From a virus: 64,000 bases of DNA. Numbering within the stretch: the stretch's first letter is position 1; each line of letters opens with the position of its first letter. The stretch spans positions 32,001-96,000 of IMG/VR virus record IMGVR_UViG_3300028394_000041. One strand, 5' to 3'. A program made the translations under genes and the position numbers. The notes beneath the pieces were generated by a model, which saw nothing but the letters and a program-made list of their open reading frames with translations, searched no databases and was not told where the DNA came from. Below, in pieces: positions 9,194 through 18,865 of this stretch.

Positions 9194-9805
9194 ATGGCCG
9201 ATGACGGAGGATGGGGTCCAGATGGCGAGTTACCTACAGGTCCTGGAAAAGTAGATCCAAAGCCAGAACCAGCATTTCCAACTAAGCCTAGCGATCCCAA
9301 AGACGATAAAGACGAAAGAGATGAAGATGGTGACGGAGATGACGGTCCTTCTCTTTCAGACATACTTAACGCGTTAGCTATTGCTGCTGCTATTGCTGCT
9401 GCTATTGCTGCAGCCGCAGCAGCAGGACAGCCTTCAACTCCAACTTCTTCTCCAAGTACGCCCCCAACTCCAGGCCCTTCACCAGCGCCAACTCCTCCTG
9501 GAACTCCAACTCCAACTCCTACCCCAACACCAAATCCACCAACTCCAGGTCCAACTCCTACCCCAACACCCGCACCAGCTCCAGGTCCTGGAACTGGTCA
9601 GCCACCAGGAAGATGCTGGGTAGCAAGAGAAGTCTACGGATATAATAATCCTTCGTGGTTGCTGTTCAGAGATTACTTAGATTTTTCTGCTCCAAAATAT
9701 TTCAAAGATTTTTACATTTCTTATGGAGAGAAAATAGCAGAGTTCATCAAAGACAAACCATTCATAAAGAAGTTAATTAAACTCTGGATGGACACAAAAA
9801 TTTAA
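9194..9805 (+). CDS. Pro-rich membrane protein with C-terminal CWVAREVYG domain (paralog 2)
   Basis: Same architecture: hydrophobic ILNALAIAAAIAAAIAAAAAAG, PT-repeat linker, near-identical C-terminal domain. Confidence 0.75.
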   Translation: MADDGGWGPDGELPTGPGKVDPKPEPAFPTKPSDPKDDKDERDEDGDGDDGPSLSDILNALAIAAAIAAAIAAAAAAGQPSTPTSSPSTPPTPGPSPAPTPPGTPTPTPTPTPNPPTPGPTPTPTPAPAPGPGTGQPPGRCWVAREVYGYNNPSWLLFRDYLDFSAPKYFKDFYISYGEKIAEFIKDKPFIKKLIKLWMDTKI

Positions 9806-9815
9806 GTTAATATAA

Positions 9816-9844
9816 TAGACTTTATCTTTAGAAGATACTATTAT
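9816..9844 (+). promoter_or_regulatory. Possible sigma70-type promoter of the glycan island
   Basis: TAGACT-N17-TATTAT ending 5 nt before GTG 9850. Confidence 0.4.
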
Positions 9845-9849
9845 ATTTA

Positions 9850-10653
9850 GTGAAATTTAATTTCCTTGTTTTAGATTATAATAGGCCAAAAGAGAGCGAG
9901 CTATGCTTACAAAGCATAAGAAAATTCGCTAAATTTAATCATAATATAATATATCTGTCTAATGGTGGACAACAAGACTATGTTTATGACTACTATAAAA
10001 ACAATTTAATAGACAAATTAATATTAAGAAAAAACAATAATGGATGTGGATTAGGCACAAGAGAGTTATTTAATGATTTTGATATAGATTGCGAATTTGT
10101 ATTTTATGTACAATGCGATCAATTCATGGTACGCGAATTAAAAGAGAATGAAATTGATTTATATATATCTAAAATAAACGATAAGAATTTATATATTGAT
10201 CTTGCTGGAAACCAAGGAAATGGCAAATACTCAGAAAGGGCCCATTTCATAAATAAAAATACATATAATAAGATACCAAATGCAATTGGTGGACCTGGAC
10301 CATATGCTAATCAAAAATGGACAGAAAGAGCTTTACAAGATTATATTGCTAAAAATGACTTAGAGTTTATAACAATTGACCCACCACTTTTTGGAAATAA
10401 TGGAAAAATATCATATAGACAGTTTCCTTGTGGGGGCGAAACAATGCATTTCACAGATACAAAGCAATTATGGATAATCAAACCATTAAGAGATAGATAT
10501 GATGGATGGCCAAATTTTAATTTGACTGATGAAGAATGGAATAAAATACTAAATAATCAATGGGAAAATGGCGCAATACCAGTAAATCATTCCAAAGATA
10601 CTTTTAAATGTTGGGAAAGACCCTATGATATGAAAGACTTTAATAATGAATAA
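9850..10653 (+). CDS. GT-A (GT2-like) glycosyltransferase
   Basis: FLVLDYNRP..ELCLQSI, LSNGG, NNGCG.G, FYVQCD. Confidence 0.65.
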   Translation: MKFNFLVLDYNRPKESELCLQSIRKFAKFNHNIIYLSNGGQQDYVYDYYKNNLIDKLILRKNNNGCGLGTRELFNDFDIDCEFVFYVQCDQFMVRELKENEIDLYISKINDKNLYIDLAGNQGNGKYSERAHFINKNTYNKIPNAIGGPGPYANQKWTERALQDYIAKNDLEFITIDPPLFGNNGKISYRQFPCGGETMHFTDTKQLWIIKPLRDRYDGWPNFNLTDEEWNKILNNQWENGAIPVNHSKDTFKCWERPYDMKDFNNE

Positions 10654-11497
10654 AATTTATCTTTGCGGAGTTACTCATAATGATCTAGATAATATTAAAG
10701 AGTTAACTTCAATTTACGAGCATTTTGATGGATTGATTTTTGTTGATGGAGGATCAATAGATGGAACAAAAGAACTACTAGAATCAAGAAAAAAAGATGG
10801 TAAAATTATCCATAGGAATTGGACAAATGATCACGACTTTCAAATGAACGAATTCTTAAGACAGGGACCAATGAAGATTGGTGATTGGTTCTTTATTAGA
10901 GACAGCAGAGAAAGATTTAATGAAAATTGGCTTAAAGGATTAAGAGCAATGGTTCAAGACTTTAAAAAGAATAGAATTTCTTCTGTCTTTAATTATGGCA
11001 AAGGTTTTGCTTTCGAATATTATGACGATATGTATTTTGCTGGATCACCACATTGGGGGTTGATGAACTGCAGAGACAACAAAATAGATCTCGTAAATAT
11101 CTTTAGCGAAAAAGATAAAGAGCATACTTGGAGATTAAGAGATGGAGAAGGAAATAGACCAATATGGAATTGTATAGATCACTTCCTAAAATACTATTAT
11201 GTATACCCAAGATCAAATCATTTACTGATGGGTAGAGAAAATGATAGAGAAGGCTTTATTCAAGCTGAAACAAATAGACAAAAATTTCGTTTATATTGCA
11301 ATTTAAAATTAAACTTAGATTTTACAATAGAATCATTAAAAACATACTTATCCAAAGATGAATGGAAAAAAGATCCAGAATTTGTGCAAATGATTAAGCA
11401 AGAAGAAATTTTAAAAACTTTTTATAGATGGCATGTATTGAAGCATGATTTTGAAGCTATTCAAAAAGACAAGAAGACTTGGGAATTGGAAGTTTAA
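10646..11497 (+). CDS. GT2-like glycosyltransferase
   Basis: IFVDGGSIDGTKE, WFFIRDSRE (DxD variant). Confidence 0.7.
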   Translation: MNKIYLCGVTHNDLDNIKELTSIYEHFDGLIFVDGGSIDGTKELLESRKKDGKIIHRNWTNDHDFQMNEFLRQGPMKIGDWFFIRDSRERFNENWLKGLRAMVQDFKKNRISSVFNYGKGFAFEYYDDMYFAGSPHWGLMNCRDNKIDLVNIFSEKDKEHTWRLRDGEGNRPIWNCIDHFLKYYYVYPRSNHLLMGRENDREGFIQAETNRQKFRLYCNLKLNLDFTIESLKTYLSKDEWKKDPEFVQMIKQEEILKTFYRWHVLKHDFEAIQKDKKTWELEV

Positions 11498-11498
11498 A

Positions 11499-12314
11499 AT
11501 GTTTAGTATTTATAGTTCAGCATTTAATGTAATCAAGAATTCTTTTGACTACGAATCAGCAGTTGAAAACTTTTGTAACTTTGCAGAGGAAGTGGTAATA
11601 GCAGTAAATAAATCTGAAGATGATTCTTTTGAAGCATTCAAAAGTCTAGAGAAAAAGTTTAATAATTTAAAAATAGTTTCTGCAGATTTTGATTATTCAG
11701 ATCCTTTACTTGATGGTAAAATTAAGAATGCAGCTCTTCAAAAAACTTCTAATATATATAAAATAGGATTAGACTTAGACGAAAGAATACCAACAAGACA
11801 TAAAGACAGATGGATTCGGGCAGCAAAAATGATGTACGAATACCCAATGATATACGGATTCTTAATTCCAAGCATAGATATATGGAAAAGTTTAGAATAT
11901 ATTCAAGCAGACCCAAATAAAAATAAAAATTTTAAATGGTACTTACATAAAGAAAATTTACACAGAGGAGCAGTTAATTTCGCTAAATTAGAAAATGGTA
12001 AAATTGATAGAGAAAAAAGCGATACATGTGAATTATTAGACCAATTCGGAAATCTAGTAAATACACCTAAGATATATGCAAATTTTGAAAACGATGAAGA
12101 TTACTTTAAATGGCTTGAAGAAGAAGCTATTTTTGTTTTTCATCTTGGGTTTTTAGATTTTGAAAAAAGGATCATTAGGAATAAAAATTTTTGGAATAAG
12201 CACTGGGAAACTGTTTCTGGTAAAAAACATGAAACAGCAATGACATTAGAGCAGTTTGATCAAAGATCCACGAAGCTAAAAAAACACAATTTGAAACTTT
12301 GGGATAAAGCATGA
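11499..12314 (+). CDS. GT2-like glycosyltransferase
   Basis: Likely start ATG 11499 (MFSIYSSAFN). EVVIAVNKSEDDS, KNAALQ, LDLDE, HLGF. Confidence 0.7.
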   Translation: MFSIYSSAFNVIKNSFDYESAVENFCNFAEEVVIAVNKSEDDSFEAFKSLEKKFNNLKIVSADFDYSDPLLDGKIKNAALQKTSNIYKIGLDLDERIPTRHKDRWIRAAKMMYEYPMIYGFLIPSIDIWKSLEYIQADPNKNKNFKWYLHKENLHRGAVNFAKLENGKIDREKSDTCELLDQFGNLVNTPKIYANFENDEDYFKWLEEEAIFVFHLGFLDFEKRIIRNKNFWNKHWETVSGKKHETAMTLEQFDQRSTKLKKHNLKLWDKA

Positions 12315-13192
12315 ATTATATTTGCGGCGAATACTTTGCTGAAAACGCATCTTTTGTTTTTGACGAAGGGTATTTAAAATTTGAAGGTGGAGTATATGTA
12401 CCTAAAGATCAACCAAAGGAATTATTTGAACATAATAAATTTGTAGTTTATAAGAATAATAATAATAACGACTATATTTTTGTTAATCCTCATTTTTTAG
12501 CAGAATTTTTGCATTTTATTGAAAAAAATAATATTAGATGCAATTTGATAACTCATAAAAGTGACTCCCTAATATGCGAAACTTTTATAAATAGGCAAGG
12601 AATATCAATAAATGATGTTTTAAATAGTAAGAATATAGTACATTGGTATGCTCAAAATTGTTTTATAAAACATGAAAAAATATCCTATATACCAATAGGA
12701 ACTGAATGTCCAAGGATAGGCTTACATCCAATACTCAAAAAAGCTAAATATTTAAATAAACAAAGAAACATTAATTTTTTGATAAACTTTCAAGAAAGTA
12801 TACCTTACAATGTTTTTAATGAAAGAAAGCTTTTAGCTAATATATTAAAATTTAAAAATATCTATAATAATACATTTAATTTATTTAAAAGAGAAGAATT
12901 CATCAAAGATCTACAAAATTCTTATTTTTGTTTGTCGCCAACAGGAGCAGGAGTAGATTGTCATAGAACATGGCTTGCGCTATATTGTGGAGCTATTCCA
13001 GTATTGACAAAAAATTACATATCGAGTAAGATTGCTGAGAAGTTTCCAGTCTATCTTATAGACACTTGGGAGTCTTTAGATTTTGCGTCTTTAAATAAAG
13101 ATCTTTATTTAAGTATTAAAAATCAAAAAAATATAGAAATAAATGATTTAAACTTATTGAATTTTACAGAGATAATCAACATATTTAAATGA
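12311..13192 (+). CDS. Exostosin/GT47-like glycosyltransferase
   Basis: HWYAQN, YIPIG, SYFCLSPTGAGVDCHRTWLALYCGAIPV. Confidence 0.7.
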   Translation: MNYICGEYFAENASFVFDEGYLKFEGGVYVPKDQPKELFEHNKFVVYKNNNNNDYIFVNPHFLAEFLHFIEKNNIRCNLITHKSDSLICETFINRQGISINDVLNSKNIVHWYAQNCFIKHEKISYIPIGTECPRIGLHPILKKAKYLNKQRNINFLINFQESIPYNVFNERKLLANILKFKNIYNNTFNLFKREEFIKDLQNSYFCLSPTGAGVDCHRTWLALYCGAIPVLTKNYISSKIAEKFPVYLIDTWESLDFASLNKDLYLSIKNQKNIEINDLNLLNFTEIINIFK

Positions 13193-14067
13193 AAAAAACA
13201 CCTATAGTCTTAATAGCTTTCAATAGACCCAATTACTTTTACGAAACATGTAATAGTATAGCTTCTCAAGTAGATGATAGACCAGTTTATTTGTTTATTG
13301 ATGGACCAAAAACGCAACAAGATCTATTTAATATAAATACTGTAAAGTGGTCATTTAATAATTGTTTTCCTAATGGCGAGATATTTCAAGAAGAAGATAA
13401 TATCGGTATAGCCTTTAATACAAAAAAAGCAAGAGAAGTAGTATTTGAAGAACACTCAAGAGCAATATTTATAGAGGACGATTTAGTTATAGAACCATAT
13501 TACTTATCTATGCTTGATAGATTAATGGACAAGCTGGAAGACGACCAAAACGTTGGAATGATAAACTGCTTCGCTGGAGCAGCCACAAGGAACAATAATC
13601 TAAACACGTTAGATAATCAAGATAAAAATAAATCAAAGTTAATTGCATGCTCTCATACATATGCTATGGGTATGTGGGCTAATAAATACGAAAAAATAAA
13701 ACCTACATTGTACGAATACTATAAACTGCTTCCTTCGATTTATAAAAATAGACCTCATCAACCAATAATAGATTTTTGGAGAAAAAAGGGATTAGGTCAA
13801 GGCATGAATATAACTAGCCAAGATAAAGCTACAGACTCATCAATGCTATTAGTCAATCAATACAAGGTATCTACATATACAAATAATTTAAAATACATAG
13901 GGGAAATTGGAGACAACAGCAATACATTTGCATTTAAAAATTTTAACTGGGAAAATTATCCAATATACGGAAAAGAAGTTTTTGATTTTGATTGGTCAGA
14001 AAAAGACAAAGAAGAAGTAAAAAAAGAATTAGAATACAATTTCTTTGGGGAGGGCGTAGTAGAATGA
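13189..14067 (+). CDS. GT-A glycosyltransferase
   Basis: TPIVLIAFNRP, LFIDGPK, NIGIA, AIFIEDDL. Confidence 0.75.
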   Translation: MKKTPIVLIAFNRPNYFYETCNSIASQVDDRPVYLFIDGPKTQQDLFNINTVKWSFNNCFPNGEIFQEEDNIGIAFNTKKAREVVFEEHSRAIFIEDDLVIEPYYLSMLDRLMDKLEDDQNVGMINCFAGAATRNNNLNTLDNQDKNKSKLIACSHTYAMGMWANKYEKIKPTLYEYYKLLPSIYKNRPHQPIIDFWRKKGLGQGMNITSQDKATDSSMLLVNQYKVSTYTNNLKYIGEIGDNSNTFAFKNFNWENYPIYGKEVFDFDWSEKDKEEVKKELEYNFFGEGVVE

Positions 14068-14759
14068 ACAAGTTGAAACTAGCAATATCTGTTGACGATA
14101 TTAGTCCTAAAAATGTAAACGCATCTTTAGATGATCCTTTCTTATCTAAACTATATAAGATATATAAAGAATACGGAATCAAGAGTACGCTATTTGTTCC
14201 AGCAAATCTATCTGGTATAAGTGATTTAAAATTTTTTCCAGATTGGTGCAAATTTATAGACGAATTAGAATTTATTGAAGTTGCGGGACATGGTTTTTTT
14301 CATGATTTTCAAAACGCAAGCCAAGGCGAAGATTACAAAGAGTTTGCTAGGATGAATTATAATGACGCGATAATGAGATGCAAAGATATAAAAGAGTCTT
14401 TAAAGTTTTTTAAAAAAACTATTCATGGATGGAAAATGCCAGGCTGGGAATTTAATCCAGAGTCTCTTAAGGCTATATCAGAGAATTTCGATTACCTATA
14501 TCCTCATCCCCTACATATAGATATGTATAAAAATATTTCACAGCGAGCGAAGGTTATAGACTCAACCAATACCTATGATATTCAACATCAAATAAATTTT
14601 AATAATTTAACAAATGGAATCCTTATTCTGCACTCTCATGTAGATGGAGAAACTAATCAAAACAAATGGACCGATTTTAATTTTTCTAGACTCCAGATTA
14701 CATTAAGGGATTTGTTTAAATTTTTTGAAGTAGAAACTACGTTTATAAAAGATTTATAA
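14064..14759 (+). CDS. Polysaccharide deacetylase (CE4/NodB-like)
   Basis: Likely start ATG 14064 (ATGA overlap). ISVDD, STLFVP, EVAGHGFFH, WKMPGW, ILHSH. Confidence 0.75.
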   Translation: MNKLKLAISVDDISPKNVNASLDDPFLSKLYKIYKEYGIKSTLFVPANLSGISDLKFFPDWCKFIDELEFIEVAGHGFFHDFQNASQGEDYKEFARMNYNDAIMRCKDIKESLKFFKKTIHGWKMPGWEFNPESLKAISENFDYLYPHPLHIDMYKNISQRAKVIDSTNTYDIQHQINFNNLTNGILILHSHVDGETNQNKWTDFNFSRLQITLRDLFKFFEVETTFIKDL

Positions 14760-14760
14760 T

Positions 14761-15645
14761 ATGATCACAGTGGCAGCGATTTGTAAAAATGAAATAGCAT
14801 TAATATCTCAATGGATAAAAGTACTTCAAGAATCAGAGATTGTTTCAAATATTATCATTGGAGATACTGGCTCCACAGACGGAACAATAGAAGAGATTAA
14901 GAAGCATAATGGTATTGAGCTTTTTGAAATACCATGGAATAGCAACTTTTCAGAAGCTAGAAATTTTCTAATAGAAAAATCAAAAAAGCATAACTCTAAT
15001 TTCTTATGGATGCTAGATATTGATGAGTTTCCATCAGTTAATTTAATAAATAAATTAAGAAACGACTTAAACAGTCTGAAAGAATACGATCTTATCATGT
15101 TTCCGTATATAGAGTTTTGGGACTTTGATAAGCCATGCTTTAAACTACCTCCTAAAAAAACTTGTTTAATTAATGGTTTTATATATTATGAACCGTTCAA
15201 ACCAAACATTTGCTTGATAAACAATAAAATTGATTTTAAATATAAAAATTCATTACATGAAGTATTAGACTTAGACTTCAATAAAATAAATTCATTATTC
15301 TGCTCCAAGTCTGGCAATCAAATTGTTCCTTTGAATTCAATATATGAAGAATACTATATATCACATTTTTCATTTCCAAAATATAAAAAAGCGGCAAAAA
15401 TCAATAATTCTTCATTTGAATATGAACTAGGTAAAAAACGGCTAGAGTACAGGAAAATTAAAACAGCTATAACTAACGGCAAAGAATATAGTACCGATTG
15501 GGCAAAAGAAAATAAAGACTATAAGGAAATAGAGCAGTTAGGCAAAGACCAAATAGAGCAATTCTTAAAGGTCGAAGGGTATACATTTCCAGATTTAAAT
15601 ATAGATAAAATCAAAGAAACTAACTATTATAATACTATTATATGA
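14761..15645 (+). CDS. GT2 glycosyltransferase
   Basis: ICKNE, IGDTGSTDGT, NFSEARN, LDIDE, LHE. Confidence 0.85.
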   Translation: MITVAAICKNEIALISQWIKVLQESEIVSNIIIGDTGSTDGTIEEIKKHNGIELFEIPWNSNFSEARNFLIEKSKKHNSNFLWMLDIDEFPSVNLINKLRNDLNSLKEYDLIMFPYIEFWDFDKPCFKLPPKKTCLINGFIYYEPFKPNICLINNKIDFKYKNSLHEVLDLDFNKINSLFCSKSGNQIVPLNSIYEEYYISHFSFPKYKKAAKINNSSFEYELGKKRLEYRKIKTAITNGKEYSTDWAKENKDYKEIEQLGKDQIEQFLKVEGYTFPDLNIDKIKETNYYNTII

Positions 15646-16379
15646 GTAATTTTAACTTTTATTTTTGGTCTTGCTTTAATGTAAGAGGTAGGAACTCCAT
15701 GTATCCTCATGTTATTGAAAAATCATGGATAGACAATAGGTTTAATATATGGAAGAATTTTACATATAAAAGCGTTTGTAATCAGCTAGATAAAAACTAC
15801 AAGTACATTCTAGAAATTGACGAGATTAACTATGACTATACATCTAGTCTATTCAACGCCCTAAATGATGAAAAATTGATTCTATTAAAAAATACATTAA
15901 TTGAAAATAAGCTTGATACAACAAATAACATTATAGCAAGGATGGATTCAGATGATATGTATAGAAATGATGCAATTATCAAATTCAAAGAAACCTTCAT
16001 CAATAATCCAGATATAGAATATGTAATGATGAGCAAAGGGTATTTTATAAATATTAATACTTTTGAGATAAAAAGATACTACTCTCCATCTGGGCCATTT
16101 TTTGCTGCAAAAATTCCACAAAACTTAAACACTTATATATCTACAATGGATACGCCAATTTTTATTGGTCATGGTCAAGTAAAGCATAAACCATATAGAT
16201 TTATAGATGAAAATATGGCTATGGTAACGTCTCATGATTACAATACAGATCAATGGCAATTTAGACAAACAGCACAGCACACTTCAAATGTTGGAGTAGT
16301 TCGCATGCAAGAGGCAGAGTCTTGTTCAGAAGAAGAGCTCAGTAGGAAAGATTCAATCCTACAAACTTTTGGTTTATAA
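15642..16379 (+). CDS. GT-A glycosyltransferase (putative rhamnosyltransferase-like)
   Basis: WIDNRFNIWKNFTYKSVCNQ, IIARMDSDD. Confidence 0.65.
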   Translation: MSNFNFYFWSCFNVRGRNSMYPHVIEKSWIDNRFNIWKNFTYKSVCNQLDKNYKYILEIDEINYDYTSSLFNALNDEKLILLKNTLIENKLDTTNNIIARMDSDDMYRNDAIIKFKETFINNPDIEYVMMSKGYFININTFEIKRYYSPSGPFFAAKIPQNLNTYISTMDTPIFIGHGQVKHKPYRFIDENMAMVTSHDYNTDQWQFRQTAQHTSNVGVVRMQEAESCSEEELSRKDSILQTFGL

Positions 16380-17386
16380 TGAAGATAGCTTTAATTTCTA
16401 ATGATACAAAAAATATTTTCCCTCATTATGGGAATGGTGGAACTCAATCCTGCGTTGAAAATTTAGCGGTTGGATTGCATGAGGCAAATAAAGATTTTTT
16501 TATTATTTGCCCCAAAAGAAAATACAAAAATGATATTCATTATCCATTTAAAATAATTGAAGCAGATTTCTTTCCAAAAGAAGATGAAATCAAAAATAAT
16601 AAAACTTACGAAGAAGCAATAAATGAAATAGTATCTTCAGAAAAACCAGACTTAGTTTTAACTCAACAACAAGAGCTTCTTAATGATCAAAATCTAGGAA
16701 ACTGTAAATTAATAACAACTAGACATGATAGTGGAGATAAGAATAAAGAGTTAATTTATAATCCCAATATAAAGTATAGATTCATTTCACAAAACCAATA
16801 CAATACTTGGGTAAGATCAGAAGACGATAAAAAATGTTCATTTTGGTGTTATACTGGATTTTCTGATCAAGAATATGATTTAAATTTAAAACCAGAAGAT
16901 TATTATCTATGGGTAGGAAGTTTTGGTTGGGGATGGGAAGCTAAGGGACTTAATATATTTATTGAACTGGCCAACTATTTTAAAGAAAAAAACTTCGTTA
17001 TTTATGGATGTGGAAATCCACCAATAGAAGAACTAGTCTTAAACTCGGTTAAAGATAATAAAAATATATACTACGGAGGTATGCTGAAAAGAGGAGATCA
17101 ACACAAGAAGGTTTTTAAAAATGCAAAATGTCTAGTGCAATTATCAAATATGAATGAAGCATATGGACGAACAACCGTAGAAGCTATGACTAAAGGCACA
17201 CCAGTAATAACTAATTTTAATGGAGCTAATCCAGAAATTGTTGGCACAGGAGGCTTAAGAATAAACTCTGGAGATGAACTATTGAATGCTATAGAAAAAG
17301 TTGGCAGTCTAGACAGAGAGGAAGTTTTTAATTATTCAAAAAAATTTCATGTTAAGCACGAAGTAAGGATTTTAACAAATGTTTAG
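16379..17386 (+). CDS. GT4 glycosyltransferase
   Basis: MKIALI...GNGGTQ, KGL, NEAYGRTTVEAMTKGTPVI. Confidence 0.88.
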   Translation: MKIALISNDTKNIFPHYGNGGTQSCVENLAVGLHEANKDFFIICPKRKYKNDIHYPFKIIEADFFPKEDEIKNNKTYEEAINEIVSSEKPDLVLTQQQELLNDQNLGNCKLITTRHDSGDKNKELIYNPNIKYRFISQNQYNTWVRSEDDKKCSFWCYTGFSDQEYDLNLKPEDYYLWVGSFGWGWEAKGLNIFIELANYFKEKNFVIYGCGNPPIEELVLNSVKDNKNIYYGGMLKRGDQHKKVFKNAKCLVQLSNMNEAYGRTTVEAMTKGTPVITNFNGANPEIVGTGGLRINSGDELLNAIEKVGSLDREEVFNYSKKFHVKHEVRILTNV

Positions 17387-17825
17387 ATTAAGAAAAATGC
17401 AAGAATCCGATGTATCATTCTTCAATCAAACGAGGAATGAATGTAGAGAGTTCCTTCATGATAATTCCTATTATAGTTATGAGCAAAGCTTGGAGTGGTT
17501 CAGATCAAAGAATCCAAATTTTTATATATTAGAATTAAATAATGAAAAAATCGGATATTTTAGAACAAGCATAAATGAAGACAATGAGCTATATATTGGG
17601 GCTGATATAAATACCAAATACAGAGGAAAGGGTCATGCTAAAGAAGCCTACCAAATGTTTATGGATTTAATTAAAATTGAATATGAAGGAAGAGACTTGT
17701 ATCTTGAAGTATTTGAATCGAACACAAGGGCGCATAATCTATATAAAAAGCTTGGCTTTTTTGAAATAAATAGATATAATCTACAAAGAGGAATCAGTAT
17801 TAAAATGAAAAAATCAAATATATGA
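17379..17825 (+). CDS. GNAT N-acetyltransferase (sugar-amine acetyltransferase-like)
   Basis: YRGKGHAK, LEVFESNTRAHNLYKKLGF. Lies among nucleotide-sugar genes. Confidence 0.85.
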   Translation: MFRLRKMQESDVSFFNQTRNECREFLHDNSYYSYEQSLEWFRSKNPNFYILELNNEKIGYFRTSINEDNELYIGADINTKYRGKGHAKEAYQMFMDLIKIEYEGRDLYLEVFESNTRAHNLYKKLGFFEINRYNLQRGISIKMKKSNI

Positions 17826-18865
17826 ATTTAGAATCTGATTTAAAATATATAGTAGATAACTTAGGCAAGAAAGACGTATCTAAATTTAAAAATAAGACAA
17901 TCCTACTTACTGGAAGCGGTGGTTTCTTGGGTAGATGGTTCGTTCAAATCTTTGATTTCTTAAATGAAAAATATTTAAATAATACTCTAAAAGTAATATG
18001 CTTAGAGTCTCATGTAGTAAACGATAACAATATTACGCATAAGTCGATAAAAATAGATATCACAAAACCATTTGAACAAGAATTAAACGACAATAATATT
18101 AAAAATATAGATTATGTATTAAATTGTGCTGGCGTAGCTAGTCCAGAAAAATATCAAAAGCTTCCTATCGAAACTTTAGATGTATCTTATTTAGGAACAA
18201 AAAATATACTAGATTTATCATTCAAATATAAAATAGAAAGCATCATGCTATTTTCTTCTAGCGAAGTTTATGGAACACCAAGGAAAGATGCTATACCTAC
18301 AAAAGAGACATATATAGGCTCTATACCAACCACAAGTAATAGAAGCTGTTATGATATAGGCAAGCAAGTTTTAGAAACGTTAGGGTATGTTTATTTTAAT
18401 AAGTTTAAAACTCCAATTAAAACAGTAAGACCATTTAATATATATGGACCATTTATGGACGTAAACGATAAAAGAGTTCTTCCTAATTTTGTTAAAAGTT
18501 TCATAAAAAATGAACCTATTAAAATCTATGGAGATGGAAAACAAACAAGAACATTTTGCTATATAGCAGATTCTATGGTAATGTTTTTAAAGATTTTATT
18601 AAATGGAAAAAACGGAGAATGTTATAATATAGGCAATCCAAATCCAGAAATTTCAATGATTAAATTAGCTAAACTATTTTATAAGTCTTTGGGAAGCAAC
18701 GATTGCTCTCAATTAATTCCATATCCAAACGCTTACCCATCAGATGAACCTCTCAGAAGATGCCCAGACATATCTAAAACAATTAAAATTACAAAATTTA
18801 AACCTAAAATTAAACTTGAAGATGGAATTAAGAAAATGTTTGATTATATAAAATTATCATCATGA
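17822..18865 (+). CDS. NAD-dependent epimerase/dehydratase, UDP-glucuronate decarboxylase (UXS)-like
   Basis: TGSGGFLG, AGVASP, SSSEVYG, RSCYDIGK, FNIYGP, GDGKQTRTFCY, RRCPDI. Confidence 0.85.
   Translation: MNLESDLKYIVDNLGKKDVSKFKNKTILLTGSGGFLGRWFVQIFDFLNEKYLNNTLKVICLESHVVNDNNITHKSIKIDITKPFEQELNDNNIKNIDYVLNCAGVASPEKYQKLPIETLDVSYLGTKNILDLSFKYKIESIMLFSSSEVYGTPRKDAIPTKETYIGSIPTTSNRSCYDIGKQVLETLGYVYFNKFKTPIKTVRPFNIYGPFMDVNDKRVLPNFVKSFIKNEPIKIYGDGKQTRTFCYIADSMVMFLKILLNGKNGECYNIGNPNPEISMIKLAKLFYKSLGSNDCSQLIPYPNAYPSDEPLRRCPDISKTIKITKFKPKIKLEDGIKKMFDYIKLSS

Larger units (their letters stand above)
8495..9806 (+). repeat. Tandem gene duplication with conserved ends and divergent middle
   Basis: Identical 27-mer GACGGAGGATGGGGTCCAGATGGCGAG in both 5' ends. 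The ~220-nt 3' ends are highly similar. Both share upstream AGAGAC...TATAATATGG. Confidence 0.85.

Noticed and set aside
9378-9423. GCTATTGCTGCT tandem repeat as a phase-variation tract
   Set aside because: The 12-nt unit keeps the frame and simply encodes the AIAA hydrophobic helix.
8340-9623. Alternative-frame and antisense ORFs over the Pro-rich genes
   Set aside because: They are by-products of GC-richer, low-complexity Pro/Ala codons, with no independent signals.
8940-9806. Diversity-generating retroelement TR/VR pair
   Set aside because: Differences between the repeats are mostly synonymous third-position changes, not adenine-specific. Both copies are coding and there is no reverse transcriptase in the window.
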